Shown here: piece after piece, positions 1 to 8,561 of the stretch
How positions within the stretch are numbered: the first letter of the stretch is position 1
Layout of the letters: every line of letters begins with the position of its first letter
From: a virus
Lineage: Duplodnaviria; Caudoviricetes
Direction: 5' to 3' (one strand)
IMG/VR virus record: IMGVR_UViG_3300028809_000001
Location: 1-62,714 of that record
DNA: 62,714 nt
Position numbers and translations under genes: made by a program
Notes under the pieces: model-generated
Seen by the model: only the letters and a program-made list of their open reading frames with translations
Told to the model about the DNA's origin: nothing
The model's database searches: none

Positions 1-127
1 GCCTTTCCGGCGAAGCGTTTCAGGGCGCAATCCACTCCCTTGGATCGTTGCGCGACATCATTGACGGACTTATCGCCGTCGCCGCCCTCCGTCCCACGCC
101 TTCAAATGAACGGGGGTGAGGGGATGA
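1..127. repeat. Terminal direct repeat, left copy (127 bp)
   Basis: Bases 1-127 are identical to 62588-62714. 127 is a common assembler k-mer, and ORF 61540-62706 reads through the right copy. Confidence 0.95.
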
Positions 128-294
128 AAACCGAATGCGCTCACAACAGCGTGACGGTTCGCCCGCCGCGCCCCGGGTGGGTTTGCGCGGACTGTGGCGT
201 CGGCCTTTTCTCGCTGATGTGCCCGATTCCGCTGCCGACCATCGAGCGTGCCCTTGAGGCGCTGATGAACGCACCCCAACAACCGAAAGCCTGA
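124..294 (+). CDS. Small Cys-rich hypothetical protein
   Basis: ATG after GAGGGG; MKTECAH...WVCADCG; follows the stop at 119 (=62706). Confidence 0.6.
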   Translation: MKTECAHNSVTVRPPRPGWVCADCGVGLFSLMCPIPLPTIERALEALMNAPQQPKA

Positions 295-295
295 C

Positions 296-694
296 ATGCC
301 GACCACCACCCCGAACCCCGCCGAGTTGGCGGAACAGATCAAGCGGCTTTCCGGAGTGCTGGAGGTGGCGTGCTGCATCGCCGGCATCTACAACAGGGCG
401 CCCTCTACCCTGGAGATGGACCGAGCCGCACTCCACGCCGCCATCGACCAACTCCGCGACCTCGCCAGCGGACCAAGCGCAGGAGCGGTGGCGGACTGGC
501 GTGTGGCTGAGTTCTGGTCGTCGGGCACGCCTGGAACGAAGGTCAAGCTTCTCGCCGATGAACCGGTGCAGCTTGAACACTGGCCCAAGCGCAAGGATTT
601 CATCCGCTGGCTGTCCGCTCCTGCCGCCACCCCGCCAGCAGAGAACCTGCGCGAGGGCAGCACGACGCGGGTCCCAGGTGTCGGGGAGCTGTGA
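296..694 (+). CDS. Hypothetical protein
   Basis: 132-aa ORF packed tightly against its neighbours. Confidence 0.65.
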   Translation: MPTTTPNPAELAEQIKRLSGVLEVACCIAGIYNRAPSTLEMDRAALHAAIDQLRDLASGPSAGAVADWRVAEFWSSGTPGTKVKLLADEPVQLEHWPKRKDFIRWLSAPAATPPAENLREGSTTRVPGVGEL

Positions 695-888
695 TGGACT
701 GCGCCACCTGCCACCGCAACCCCGAGCGGATGAACAGCGACGTAGCGGAGTGCTCACACGTCGACTGCCCGCACCGTCGGCGCGCCTGGAGCGAGCGACC
801 CACCCGGGCCCAGCTGTTCAAAGGCCCGTGGCCCAAGTACATCGAGGCCGACCCGCGGCCGCTCGACGCACCGAAGGAGACGCCGTGA
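691..888 (+). CDS. Small Cys/His-rich hypothetical protein
   Basis: CxxC and CSHVDCPH motifs; GTGA overlap with the upstream stop. Confidence 0.65.
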   Translation: MMDCATCHRNPERMNSDVAECSHVDCPHRRRAWSERPTRAQLFKGPWPKYIEADPRPLDAPKETP

Positions 889-1121
889 CCGTCGTGCACC
901 GCGGCCCAGGCGCCATCTTCCGTGCGTACAAGGACCGGATTCTCTATGGCCGCGGCGCCTGGATCGCGGACGGTTCGTCCTACGAGCTGGTGAACTACCC
1001 GCCGGCTCTGTTCAACGGCCCGGCGATCGTCGAGCTGTACACCCGTCCGCCGGGCCGACAGACCGCCGTCGCGCGGGCCGTGCAGCAGCTGTGCGATCCG
1101 ACCCCCGAGGGGCCGGCATGA
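885..1121 (+). CDS. Hypothetical protein
   Basis: GTG start after AAGGAG, overlapping the upstream stop. Confidence 0.6.
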   Translation: MTVVHRGPGAIFRAYKDRILYGRGAWIADGSSYELVNYPPALFNGPAIVELYTRPPGRQTAVARAVQQLCDPTPEGPA

Positions 1122-1354
1122 CCGACCGCGAGATCCGCAAACAGGCGGCCCGCCACGGCCTCGAAGTGCTGAGCGTCGAGAAGGCCAAGCGGCGAGGCCA
1201 CACGCACGTCCGGCTACGCCGAGCATGCGACGGCGAAGACGCGCTGTTCGTCTTCGCCGGGTCGCCCAGCGACGGCCGCGGCGCCCTCAACAACGACGCG
1301 CGTCTGAGCCGGTTCGCCTCGGGCGCGTGGAGTCCGAAACTAGACCGAGGGTAA
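1118..1354 (+). CDS. HicA-like small protein
   Basis: GH..V.L...SPSD.RG..N..A.L.R pattern typical of HicA-like phage proteins. Confidence 0.5.
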   Translation: MTDREIRKQAARHGLEVLSVEKAKRRGHTHVRLRRACDGEDALFVFAGSPSDGRGALNNDARLSRFASGAWSPKLDRG

Positions 1355-1391
1355 ACACCTACGAGCGGCGTACAGCCGACCGTAGTACACT
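1348..1391 (+). promoter_or_regulatory. Putative promoter (palindrome family)
   Basis: AGGGTAAACACCT at 1348; GTACA-N10-GTACA; TACACT at 1386. Confidence 0.65.
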
Positions 1392-1419
1392 GCCATGACC
1401 GGCGGCGCAGCCGTCGGTT

Positions 1420-2286
1420 ATGACCACGGAGAACCACATGCACGATCACCGCCTCGGCTTCCCGGCACTCGCCGCCTTCATCGCCGACCAGCACGAGCCC
1501 GAGCGCAAGCCGATGCGCACACCCGCGCCGGTGCGCCGGAGCGCCGAGCAGCAGCGGCTCGATCGCTGCACCGACGCCGCACATCAGGCGATCCCGGCGT
1601 ATCTGGAGGAGAAGCGCCGCGCGCCCGAGCTGCCCGCGCCGCGCTACTGCACCGTGAAGGTGAGCCCGCAGATCCAGCAGGACGGCCGGCTCACCCTCAC
1701 CAAGCTGCGCGCCGCGACGAAGATCCTCGACGCGAACCGCGACCCGGCGAAGACGTTCGTCAACTTGGACGGGAGCCCGGCCGCCAAGGCCCTCGAAAAG
1801 ACCATGCAGAACGGCGTCGAACTGATCGCCGGCCACGTGTACCGGCTGCGCCACGCCGGAGGGGGCAGTGCGTTCTCGAAGTGGGACGGCAAACAGTGGT
1901 GCGAGGTGGACGGCAACCCCGAGACGGCGCGCACCATCGTGCACAATTCGTACACGATGTACGGCCCGGACATCAAGCTCGTGCGCGACGTCGACGCCGC
2001 GCCGCCGCAGGTGGCCAGCGAGCCGAGCGCCTGGAGCGACTGGATCGCGTGGTGCGGTGTCGACGTCGCGCCGCCGCAGGTGGCCAGCGAGCCGAGCGCC
2101 TGGATCGCGTGGTGCGGTGTCGGCGCTCTGTGGGTCCAGGGCGACTACGAGTTCCAGGTGAAGTACCGCGAGATCGAGCACGACGAGGACCGGTGGTACA
2201 CGGCGAGCCAAGTCGGCTTCTTCGACTGGGCACAGCGCGACCTGCCCGCCGACATCGTCAGCTATCGCGTGCGCCGTGCCGCCTGA
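1420..2286 (+). CDS. Hypothetical multi-module protein with an internal duplication
   Basis: 288 aa (start may be 1438); C-terminal W.W.G...W...DIVSYR module common in phages. Confidence 0.7.
   Translation: MTTENHMHDHRLGFPALAAFIADQHEPERKPMRTPAPVRRSAEQQRLDRCTDAAHQAIPAYLEEKRRAPELPAPRYCTVKVSPQIQQDGRLTLTKLRAATKILDANRDPAKTFVNLDGSPAAKALEKTMQNGVELIAGHVYRLRHAGGGSAFSKWDGKQWCEVDGNPETARTIVHNSYTMYGPDIKLVRDVDAAPPQVASEPSAWSDWIAWCGVDVAPPQVASEPSAWIAWCGVGALWVQGDYEFQVKYREIEHDEDRWYTASQVGFFDWAQRDLPADIVSYRVRRAA
1990..2118 (+). repeat. In-frame tandem duplication (69 + 60 bp)
   Basis: 1990-2058 versus 2059-2118 differ by one substitution and a 9-bp deletion. Confidence 0.9.
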
Positions 2287-2563
2287 GCACCAGCACAGGG
2301 GGAAGGTGGTCCGCACGGAGACGCGGCTCGACGGCGTGGTGAAACGCCGCAGCCTGTGCGCGAAGTGCGGCCACCTCTGGACCACCTGGGACGGCTCGCT
2401 CACGCCGCCGCCAGTGACGCGGGGGCGGACCAGCCCCTACACCGAGCAAGTTCTGCAGTACCTGGAAGCCGGCGCGCAACAGACCCGCATCGCGCTCGGC
2501 CTTCAGATTCCCATCCACGTGGTTCGCCACATCGCACGAAAGCACAAACATGAACGACCGTGA
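2276..2563 (+). CDS. Zinc-ribbon/HTH protein (NrdR N-terminal-like)
   Basis: KVVRT...KRRSLCAKCGHLWTTW followed by an HTH-like segment. Confidence 0.5.
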   Translation: MPPEHQHRGKVVRTETRLDGVVKRRSLCAKCGHLWTTWDGSLTPPPVTRGRTSPYTEQVLQYLEAGAQQTRIALGLQIPIHVVRHIARKHKHERP

Positions 2564-2978
2564 ACTCCCCGCCGGCACGCCCAACACCTTCGGCACCGTG
2601 GCCGACGCCGGCCAGATCCTGCAGCAGACCTGCCACCACCTCGCCGCGTCCTGGTGGCTCGACACCGAGACCGGCGAGGACGTGCGCAGCTGGCCGCCCA
2701 AGTTCTTCAAGCTGTGGCTGGGCGCCAAGCTGATGCTGATCGTCACCGAGGTGGCCGAAGCGATGGAGGGCCTGCGCAAAGGCAAGTCCGACGACCACCT
2801 CCCCGACGTGTCGATGCTGGAGGCCGAGCTGGCCGATACCATCATCCGCGCGTTCGACATGGCCGGCGGTCTCGGCTTCAAGCTGGGCGAGACGCTGGCG
2901 CGCAAGCTTGCGTACAACGCGCAGCGGGCGGATCACAAGATCGAGAACCGCACGGCCGCCGGCGGCAAGAGCATCTGA
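2550..2978 (+). CDS. mazG: MazG-like NTP pyrophosphohydrolase
   Basis: LIVTEVAEAMEGLRK...EAELADTIIR...K.AYN.QR.DH (ExxE...ExxD motif). Confidence 0.85.
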   Translation: MNDRELPAGTPNTFGTVADAGQILQQTCHHLAASWWLDTETGEDVRSWPPKFFKLWLGAKLMLIVTEVAEAMEGLRKGKSDDHLPDVSMLEAELADTIIRAFDMAGGLGFKLGETLARKLAYNAQRADHKIENRTAAGGKSI

Positions 2979-2980
2979 CC

Positions 2981-3193
2981 ATGGGCACCAGCAACCAATG
3001 CGCGGACTGCGCGCTGTGCGGCGCAGACCCGGACGGCCTGTACTGCGGACACGAGACGTCGCTGAAAGGATCGTGCGGCTTCGGCTGGTCTCCCGCTGCG
3101 GCGCGCAGTGACGGCCAGCCGTGTGGCCCGCAAGCCGTGCACTTCGTCCGCGCATCCGACGAAGTTCTGCAATCCCGTGGACGGAGTGCCTGA
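2981..3193 (+). CDS. Small Cys-rich protein
   Basis: CADCALC...YCGH...CGP; fills the gap between neighbouring genes. Confidence 0.6.
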   Translation: MGTSNQCADCALCGADPDGLYCGHETSLKGSCGFGWSPAAARSDGQPCGPQAVHFVRASDEVLQSRGRSA

Positions 3194-3194
3194 C

Positions 3195-4157
3195 ATGAAG
3201 AACCTCATCACCGAAACGCTGTGGGCGATCGTCGCCTGGATCGTCACCCGGCGCGACGTGCGCGAATGGCTGATCCGCCGTGCGAAGAAGACGCCGTACA
3301 CGCCCATCATGAATCGTGCGGGCGACGAGACCTACATGAACCGTTTGTGGCTGTTCAACCCGTACGAGTGGCCCGCCGGTTCGCCGACCAAACAGAACTG
3401 GCTGATGCGTCGGCTGCCCAGCATCCGCATCCATCACATCCGCCTGCCCGACCAGGATCGCGACGAGCACTGCCACCCCTGGGCCGCGCGCACGATCATC
3501 CTGTCGGGGTGGTACATCGAAACGCGGGACGGCGTGCCGTTCAAACGCAAGCAAGGCGACACGGCCACGCTGACCGCTGACGAGTTCCACACCATCACGC
3601 ATGTCAGCACCGGCGGCGTGCTCACCATGTTTATCACCTGGAAGTACCAGCGCAGCTGGGGCTTCAAGACGCCCACCGGCTTCGTGCCGTGGCGCACATA
3701 CCTGGACGTGCCCGAGGCGTCGGCCTGGGCGCTGACCGAGGAACAGCAAAAGGCAGAAGCCGAGGAGCTGCAGTCCAGCATTGCCCGCACCCGTGTCGCG
3801 TTGGAACGCGTGCGAGCCGAGTTCGGCCCGGTGGAACGCACGCCCATGATCTACGCCAACAAGGAGACCCGCGACAAGATCCACACACCCGAGTCGCTGG
3901 CCGTGCTGCGCAAAACGGTGGACAACCTGAAGGCCCGTCGCCACGACTCCACGACGAGCCGCCCGGATGACAGCAACACCGGCCTGCTGACGATGTACAT
4001 GCTGAACACCCCGGCGCCCGCGCCGTACGAACCGGAGCCTCCGCGCTTCTCGTCCGGCAGCGGCGGTGACTTCGGTGGCGCGGGCGCGACCGGATCGTGG
4101 GGCGACAGCAGCGACTCGCCGTCCAGCAGCTCGTGCTCGTCGAGCGGGAACGACTGA
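3195..4157 (+). CDS. Cupin-fold (HxHPW) protein with coiled-coil and Gly/Ser-rich tail
   Basis: IHHI..PD.DRDEHCHPW...IILSGWYIE...FH.I...WGF; tail GGDFGGAGATGSW. Confidence 0.7.
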   Translation: MKNLITETLWAIVAWIVTRRDVREWLIRRAKKTPYTPIMNRAGDETYMNRLWLFNPYEWPAGSPTKQNWLMRRLPSIRIHHIRLPDQDRDEHCHPWAARTIILSGWYIETRDGVPFKRKQGDTATLTADEFHTITHVSTGGVLTMFITWKYQRSWGFKTPTGFVPWRTYLDVPEASAWALTEEQQKAEAEELQSSIARTRVALERVRAEFGPVERTPMIYANKETRDKIHTPESLAVLRKTVDNLKARRHDSTTSRPDDSNTGLLTMYMLNTPAPAPYEPEPPRFSSGSGGDFGGAGATGSWGDSSDSPSSSSCSSSGND

Positions 4158-4435
4158 TGGCCATCGCTCAACTCTCCGAGGAGCAGCTCGCCAGCATCAT
4201 CGCCGCCGGTATCGAGGCCCGGATCAAGACGCTCATCCTTGACGCGGTGCGCGCGTCGATCGGCAAAGAGGCCGAGCGGATCATTGCCGACGTGCAGAAG
4301 ATCCTGGAGGAGCAGGCCGCACTGGCTGCCCGCGAGGTGACGACGAGCGTGCAGATGGCGCACTCGCCTGTGATGGACGAGATCCAACTGCATGTCGCGT
4401 TCAACAACCAAGCCATCTTCAAGGGCAAGCCGTGA
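4157..4435 (+). CDS. Hypothetical protein
   Basis: TGATG coupling; helical 92-aa ORF. Confidence 0.65.
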   Translation: MAIAQLSEEQLASIIAAGIEARIKTLILDAVRASIGKEAERIIADVQKILEEQAALAAREVTTSVQMAHSPVMDEIQLHVAFNNQAIFKGKP

Positions 4436-4599
4436 AACACCTCGCCGATATGTTCGCCCTGCTGATCGGCTTCCTGCTGATCCTGCTGTTCGTGGGCGTC
4501 GTGCTCACCGTCATCGTCGCGGCTGTCGCTGCGTCCGTCTGCCTCGCGCCGTTCGCCGCGCTGGGGTTTGGCGTCTACATCCTGGCGTTCAAGAAGTGA
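4432..4599 (+). CDS. Small membrane protein
   Basis: 55 aa, nearly all hydrophobic; GTGA overlap. Confidence 0.6.
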   Translation: MKHLADMFALLIGFLLILLFVGVVLTVIVAAVAASVCLAPFAALGFGVYILAFKK

Positions 4600-4607
4600 A
4601 AGCACCC

Positions 4608-5012
4608 ATGCCCTCCACCACCATCCAGTTCTTTGCGTTCGCGCACCTGCCCGAGCACCTCCAGACCGTGAGCCGCCCCATCGGCGAGCTGGCCACCAAG
4701 CTCGAAGCCGAGCTGCCCGATGGGCCCGAGAAGTCGGCCGGCATGCGCAAGCTGCTCGAAGCCAAGGACTGCTTCGTCCGCGCCGCCCTGGCGCTCGCCC
4801 CGGTGCCGCGGTTGACGACGTTCCAGGACCGCGTGCGCAAGGAGCACGCCGACCTGAACGACAACATCGGTCGGCTCGCCCGCTTCATCGGCGACGACGC
4901 CAGCTTCATGAGCTTGCCGCTGGCCGAGCGTGAACGCCTGATCACGCAGCACCAGAAGATGGTCGAGTACAGCGACGCGCTCGACGCCCGCATCGCTCAC
5001 TTCAAGGACTGA
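4608..5012 (+). CDS. Putative anti-defence nucleotide-signal sponge fusion (Acb2/Tad1-hairpin-like + crAss001_48/Sequestin-like)
   Basis: N-half FFAFAHLP...LPDGPEKSAGMRKLLEAKDCFVRA; C-half FQDRV.KE..DL...I.RL..FI...F..L...E...L..Q...M..YS..L..RIA.F. Confidence 0.6.
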   Translation: MPSTTIQFFAFAHLPEHLQTVSRPIGELATKLEAELPDGPEKSAGMRKLLEAKDCFVRAALALAPVPRLTTFQDRVRKEHADLNDNIGRLARFIGDDASFMSLPLAERERLITQHQKMVEYSDALDARIAHFKD

Positions 5013-5014
5013 CC

Positions 5015-5347
5015 ATGGCCTGCATGAACTACACGAAAGGGCAGGCCGAAGCGGGCTACGCCGGCCCCCTCGGTGGCAACGCACTGACCAAGCCGCCCGA
5101 GCCCCCGGGCGAAGTCATCCAGGTGACCGGCCAACTGCGCGATCGCCTGGACCGCATCGGCTACGCCATCGCCGAGCTGGCCGAACGCCTCAAGCCGGTG
5201 CTGTCCGCCACCGTTTCCGAGACCGCCCCCAGCCCCACCGGCTACGCCGCGGTGTCGCCGCTCGGCAAGCAGCTCGAAGACCTGGACAACCACGCGCGTG
5301 ACCTCGGCGACCTGCTCTACAGCCTGCGCGATCGGGTGCAGCTGTGA
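5015..5347 (+). CDS. Coiled-coil hypothetical protein
   Basis: LAERLKPVL...SPL...L pattern. Confidence 0.7.
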   Translation: MACMNYTKGQAEAGYAGPLGGNALTKPPEPPGEVIQVTGQLRDRLDRIGYAIAELAERLKPVLSATVSETAPSPTGYAAVSPLGKQLEDLDNHARDLGDLLYSLRDRVQL

Positions 5348-5913
5348 AGGCGCCGCTCCGCCTGATCGGCCTCGCCGGGCGCAAGCGCTCGGGCAAGGAC
5401 ACGGTGGGCCGGCTGATCGACAAGCTGGCGACCACGCCCACCGACGTGACGCCGCTGTCCTTCGCCGGCCCCATGCGCGACGGCATCGCCGTGATGTTCG
5501 GCATCGACATGAGCGATGCGCAGGAGCGCGAGACGCCGGTGCTGCTGGGCGTGAGCCGGCGGCACCTGATGCAGACCCTTGGGACCGAGTGGGGGCGCCA
5601 GCTCATCCACCCGGACCTGTGGCTGCACGTGCTGGAGCAGCGCATGGTGGACGTGTTCTCCGACGAGGACCACGGTGACGTGCCGCTCGTCATCGTCACC
5701 GACGTGCGCATGCCCAACGAAGCCGAGCTGATCCGCCGGCACGGCGGGCAGGTGTGGCGTGTCGAGCGGCCCGGGCTCGCGGCGACCGACACGCACGTGA
5801 GCGAGGTGCCGCTGCCGGATCAGTACGTCGACCTGACGGTCATGAACACCGGCACGCTCGAAGACCTGGAGGAGAACGTGCTGGCCGCGCTCCGGTGGGC
5901 TGAGCTGGCCTAG
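5344..5913 (+). CDS. Deoxynucleoside monophosphate kinase
   Basis: IGLAGRKRSGKDT P-loop; FAGPMR; RHLMQTLGTEWGR; TDVR.PNE; H.SE. Confidence 0.9.
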   Translation: MKAPLRLIGLAGRKRSGKDTVGRLIDKLATTPTDVTPLSFAGPMRDGIAVMFGIDMSDAQERETPVLLGVSRRHLMQTLGTEWGRQLIHPDLWLHVLEQRMVDVFSDEDHGDVPLVIVTDVRMPNEAELIRRHGGQVWRVERPGLAATDTHVSEVPLPDQYVDLTVMNTGTLEDLEENVLAALRWAELA

Positions 5914-5953
5914 GGTTTCTCCCTAGACGCAGTACAGCGGTTCCTGGTACAGT
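5912..5953 (+). promoter_or_regulatory. Putative promoter (palindrome family)
   Basis: AGGGTTTCTCCCT at 5912; GCAGTACA; TACAGT at 5948 (+36). Confidence 0.75.
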
Positions 5954-5985
5954 GAGGCACCTACCCACTGAACCAGGAACCCACC

Positions 5986-6477
5986 ATGTTTCGCATCATC
6001 AGCTTCTGCCTCGGCCTGATCGTCGGCGTCATCGCGATGACCTTCTCGGACACCTGCCGCGCCGGCACCCTCGGGCTCCACACCTGGAGCGAGCACGGCA
6101 AGGCCACCTACCAGATCACGCACGAAGGTGGCGCGCCCGAGGAGCGCAAGTTCAACGAAGACAACTTCGGTCTGTACTACATTGGCCAGGACAACTGGAT
6201 CGTCGGCGCGTACAAGAACAGCTACTACCGCAATACGGTGTACGCCGGCTACGTGATCGACGGCCCGACGTTCCGCCCGCTGGGTGTCCAGGTGAAGCCC
6301 GCGCTGGCCGCAGCGCTCGCCACCGGCTACCGTCGGCTCGAAGGTGTGGGCACCCTGCGCGTCATGCTCATGCCGCAGGTCGTCGTGCACACCGGCTACG
6401 GCACCGCCGTCCGATACAGCTTGGCTCCGGGCAAGCGCGGCATGTTCCAGCACCTGTCCATCGAGCGGAGCTTCTGA
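5986..6477 (+). CDS. Secreted outer-membrane beta-barrel protein, PagP-like
   Basis: Signal peptide; WSEH, FNEDNFGL, YKNSY, YAGY and ATGY motifs; C-terminal Phe. Confidence 0.55.
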   Translation: MFRIISFCLGLIVGVIAMTFSDTCRAGTLGLHTWSEHGKATYQITHEGGAPEERKFNEDNFGLYYIGQDNWIVGAYKNSYYRNTVYAGYVIDGPTFRPLGVQVKPALAAALATGYRRLEGVGTLRVMLMPQVVVHTGYGTAVRYSLAPGKRGMFQHLSIERSF

Positions 6478-6860
6478 TGCGCAGCATCGTCATCATCAGT
6501 AGCATCACCATCATCGCCGCGGTGCTCCTCGCCGCCGGCGCCGCAACACACGCTGCGCCCGTCATGCCCATCGCCACGGGCCATGTGAGCAGCAAGCCGG
6601 ACGAGCCCGTCCAGGGGCGCCCCGCCGGTGGCGCGTGCATGTGGCCCGTTCCGGGCCAGCTCCAGATGGTCAACCTGTACGCGCTCCAGTCGGTGACCGT
6701 CGTCGAAGACAAGGCGTTCGGGTCCGGCCGCAAGACGTACAAGACACACCTGAACTTCGGCTTCCGCCAGAACATCGAGATCGACATCTGGCAAACCGGC
6801 GCCGACCCGCGCGTGCACATGCTGTCGATCGAAGCTCGTCTGAAGGAATGCTCCAAATGA
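6477..6860 (+). CDS. Secreted hypothetical protein
   Basis: Signal peptide ending THA-A; two Cys. Confidence 0.65.
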   Translation: MRSIVIISSITIIAAVLLAAGAATHAAPVMPIATGHVSSKPDEPVQGRPAGGACMWPVPGQLQMVNLYALQSVTVVEDKAFGSGRKTYKTHLNFGFRQNIEIDIWQTGADPRVHMLSIEARLKECSK

Positions 6861-6915
6861 ACCAACCTCACAAGTGGGCCGCCGACTGGATCGAGTACGA
6901 CCCGGAGGTGACAGC

Positions 6916-7083
6916 ATGACACCCTTCGCTGAAACCCTGTTCGTGATCTTCGTTGCGCTGTCGGGCTTCTGGTTCGGCGTGGCCTACGAGGAGCGCCGCA
7001 ACTACGGCGTGTGGTGGTACGGCGCGCTGCTCGGCGTCGTGTGCGGCAGCATCGCCGTGACCCTGAAGGCTTGCACGCCATGA
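6916..7083 (+). CDS. Small two-TM membrane protein
   Basis: GGAGG RBS; two hydrophobic stretches. Confidence 0.6.
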   Translation: MTPFAETLFVIFVALSGFWFGVAYEERRNYGVWWYGALLGVVCGSIAVTLKACTP

Positions 7084-7370
7084 AGCCCTGCGAGCACCTC
7101 GCGCTGCTGGTGTGGCTGCTCGTGAAGGCGCCGCGCACCGTCGCCGAACTGGCCGAGCATCTGCAGCGCCAGAACCAGGACACGATCTACGAGCGAGTGC
7201 GTGCGTTCCACGCCGAGGGCCTGCTCTACATCAAGGACTGGGTCCGCAACACGGACGCGGAGGCCGGGCGGCTCACGCCACTGTGGGCGTGGCAGCCGGA
7301 TATCGACGAGCCCCGGCCCGACGCGCCCAAGCCCCCGCCGAAGAACCTCTCTCGTTGGAAGAAGCAATGA
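7080..7370 (+). CDS. Winged-HTH DNA-binding protein
   Basis: PRTVAELAEHL...TIYERVRAF..EGLLYI. Confidence 0.6.
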   Translation: MKPCEHLALLVWLLVKAPRTVAELAEHLQRQNQDTIYERVRAFHAEGLLYIKDWVRNTDAEAGRLTPLWAWQPDIDEPRPDAPKPPPKNLSRWKKQ

Positions 7371-7906
7371 AAAAGCACATCTACCGTCGCGGCGACAAGG
7401 TCCGCATCGTCGAGCCCAAGCTGGTCCGCCGGGTCGGGTATCCCCTGATGTGGCGCGAGATCACCGACGAGCAGCTGTATGCCGACCCTCGCATCATGCG
7501 GGCGCTGCGCGCGTTCGGGTTGACTCGGCATGTGCCTTTCGGTTGCACCGCTGCGGTCAGCGATAACATCCCCCGCCACCTGCAGCTCGCCTTCGCTAAG
7601 GAGTACGTGCTGAAGCACGGCTTCGGCGGCAACGAGCGCAGCATCCACTACTACGGCGGCGAGCACATGCCCGACAACGTGGCGTTCCCCACGATCTGGC
7701 TGGACTACTACGGCGTCGGCACGGTGCACGAGGTGCTGACGACGCGCCGCGTGAAGACCGGCACGCGGTTCGCCGGCTACACGCAGGGCTACGGTGACGA
7801 CGAGGACTATCACCCGGGCGGCCTCGCTGGCATGAAGGTCCACACGCTGCTCAAGCTGAGCGGCGAGGTGGAGATCGAAGCGTGCAACGTGGAGCTGGTC
7901 AAATGA
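7367..7906 (+). CDS. Hypothetical protein
   Basis: ATGA overlap; 179 aa. Confidence 0.7.
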   Translation: MKKHIYRRGDKVRIVEPKLVRRVGYPLMWREITDEQLYADPRIMRALRAFGLTRHVPFGCTAAVSDNIPRHLQLAFAKEYVLKHGFGGNERSIHYYGGEHMPDNVAFPTIWLDYYGVGTVHEVLTTRRVKTGTRFAGYTQGYGDDEDYHPGGLAGMKVHTLLKLSGEVEIEACNVELVK

Positions 7907-8181
7907 CCCGCCGCGCCAAGCTGAAGCGCGTCACGCACCGCAAGGTGTGGTCCGCCGTGGTGGCGTACGGGCGGGCCAGTCGTGCCGACGAGATGAGCGG
8001 CGCCGGCTACCCCGAAGATCGGGCGGCCATCGAGCAGGAACTCGACGCGGCGGTGGCCCGCCTGCTCGACATCACCAAGCGCCTCGTCGCCGAGCGCGAC
8101 GAGCTGCTGGCGCAGCTGCACGATGGCTGCAGTCTGGGCCGGCGCGCGCTGCTCGACACGTACAAGGAGATGGGATCGTGA
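7903..8181 (+). CDS. Hypothetical protein
   Basis: ATGA overlap. Confidence 0.65.
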   Translation: MTRRAKLKRVTHRKVWSAVVAYGRASRADEMSGAGYPEDRAAIEQELDAAVARLLDITKRLVAERDELLAQLHDGCSLGRRALLDTYKEMGS

Positions 8182-8561
8182 TCAGCCGCACCGATGTCCG
8201 CAGCGTCAACTGCCCGGCCTGCCAAGCGAGGGCGGGCACGCCCTGCAAAACCCGCAAAACCATGGACCGCGTCTCGTGCCACGCCGAGCGGTGGGAGGTG
8301 TACCGCGCCACGCTGCCGGTGCTGCTCCCCGCGCACCTGCGCCCCGTGATCTACAAGCACCGCCACGGCTGGGGCTGCACCACGTCGCGTGATTGGCGCC
8401 GTTGCCGCACCACCTGCACGAGCGACACGCCGATGGCGGCCTACCTGCGCTGGTTCGCGGGACGCAACATGGCGGCCAGGCGCCAGATCCTCGCCGCCCA
8501 CCCCCACATCGCGCAGCACCTCGACGAGAGCCTGCGCCACTACCTGCAGGTGATGCGATGA
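8178..8561 (+). CDS. Zinc-finger protein
   Basis: VNCPACQA.AG.PC...H.ER motif. Confidence 0.6.
   Translation: MISRTDVRSVNCPACQARAGTPCKTRKTMDRVSCHAERWEVYRATLPVLLPAHLRPVIYKHRHGWGCTTSRDWRRCRTTCTSDTPMAAYLRWFAGRNMAARRQILAAHPHIAQHLDESLRHYLQVMR

Noticed and set aside
1-127. Terminal repeat as a biological DTR
   Set aside because: It is exactly 127 bp, falls inside a gene, and the terminase is headful-type; an assembly overlap is more likely.
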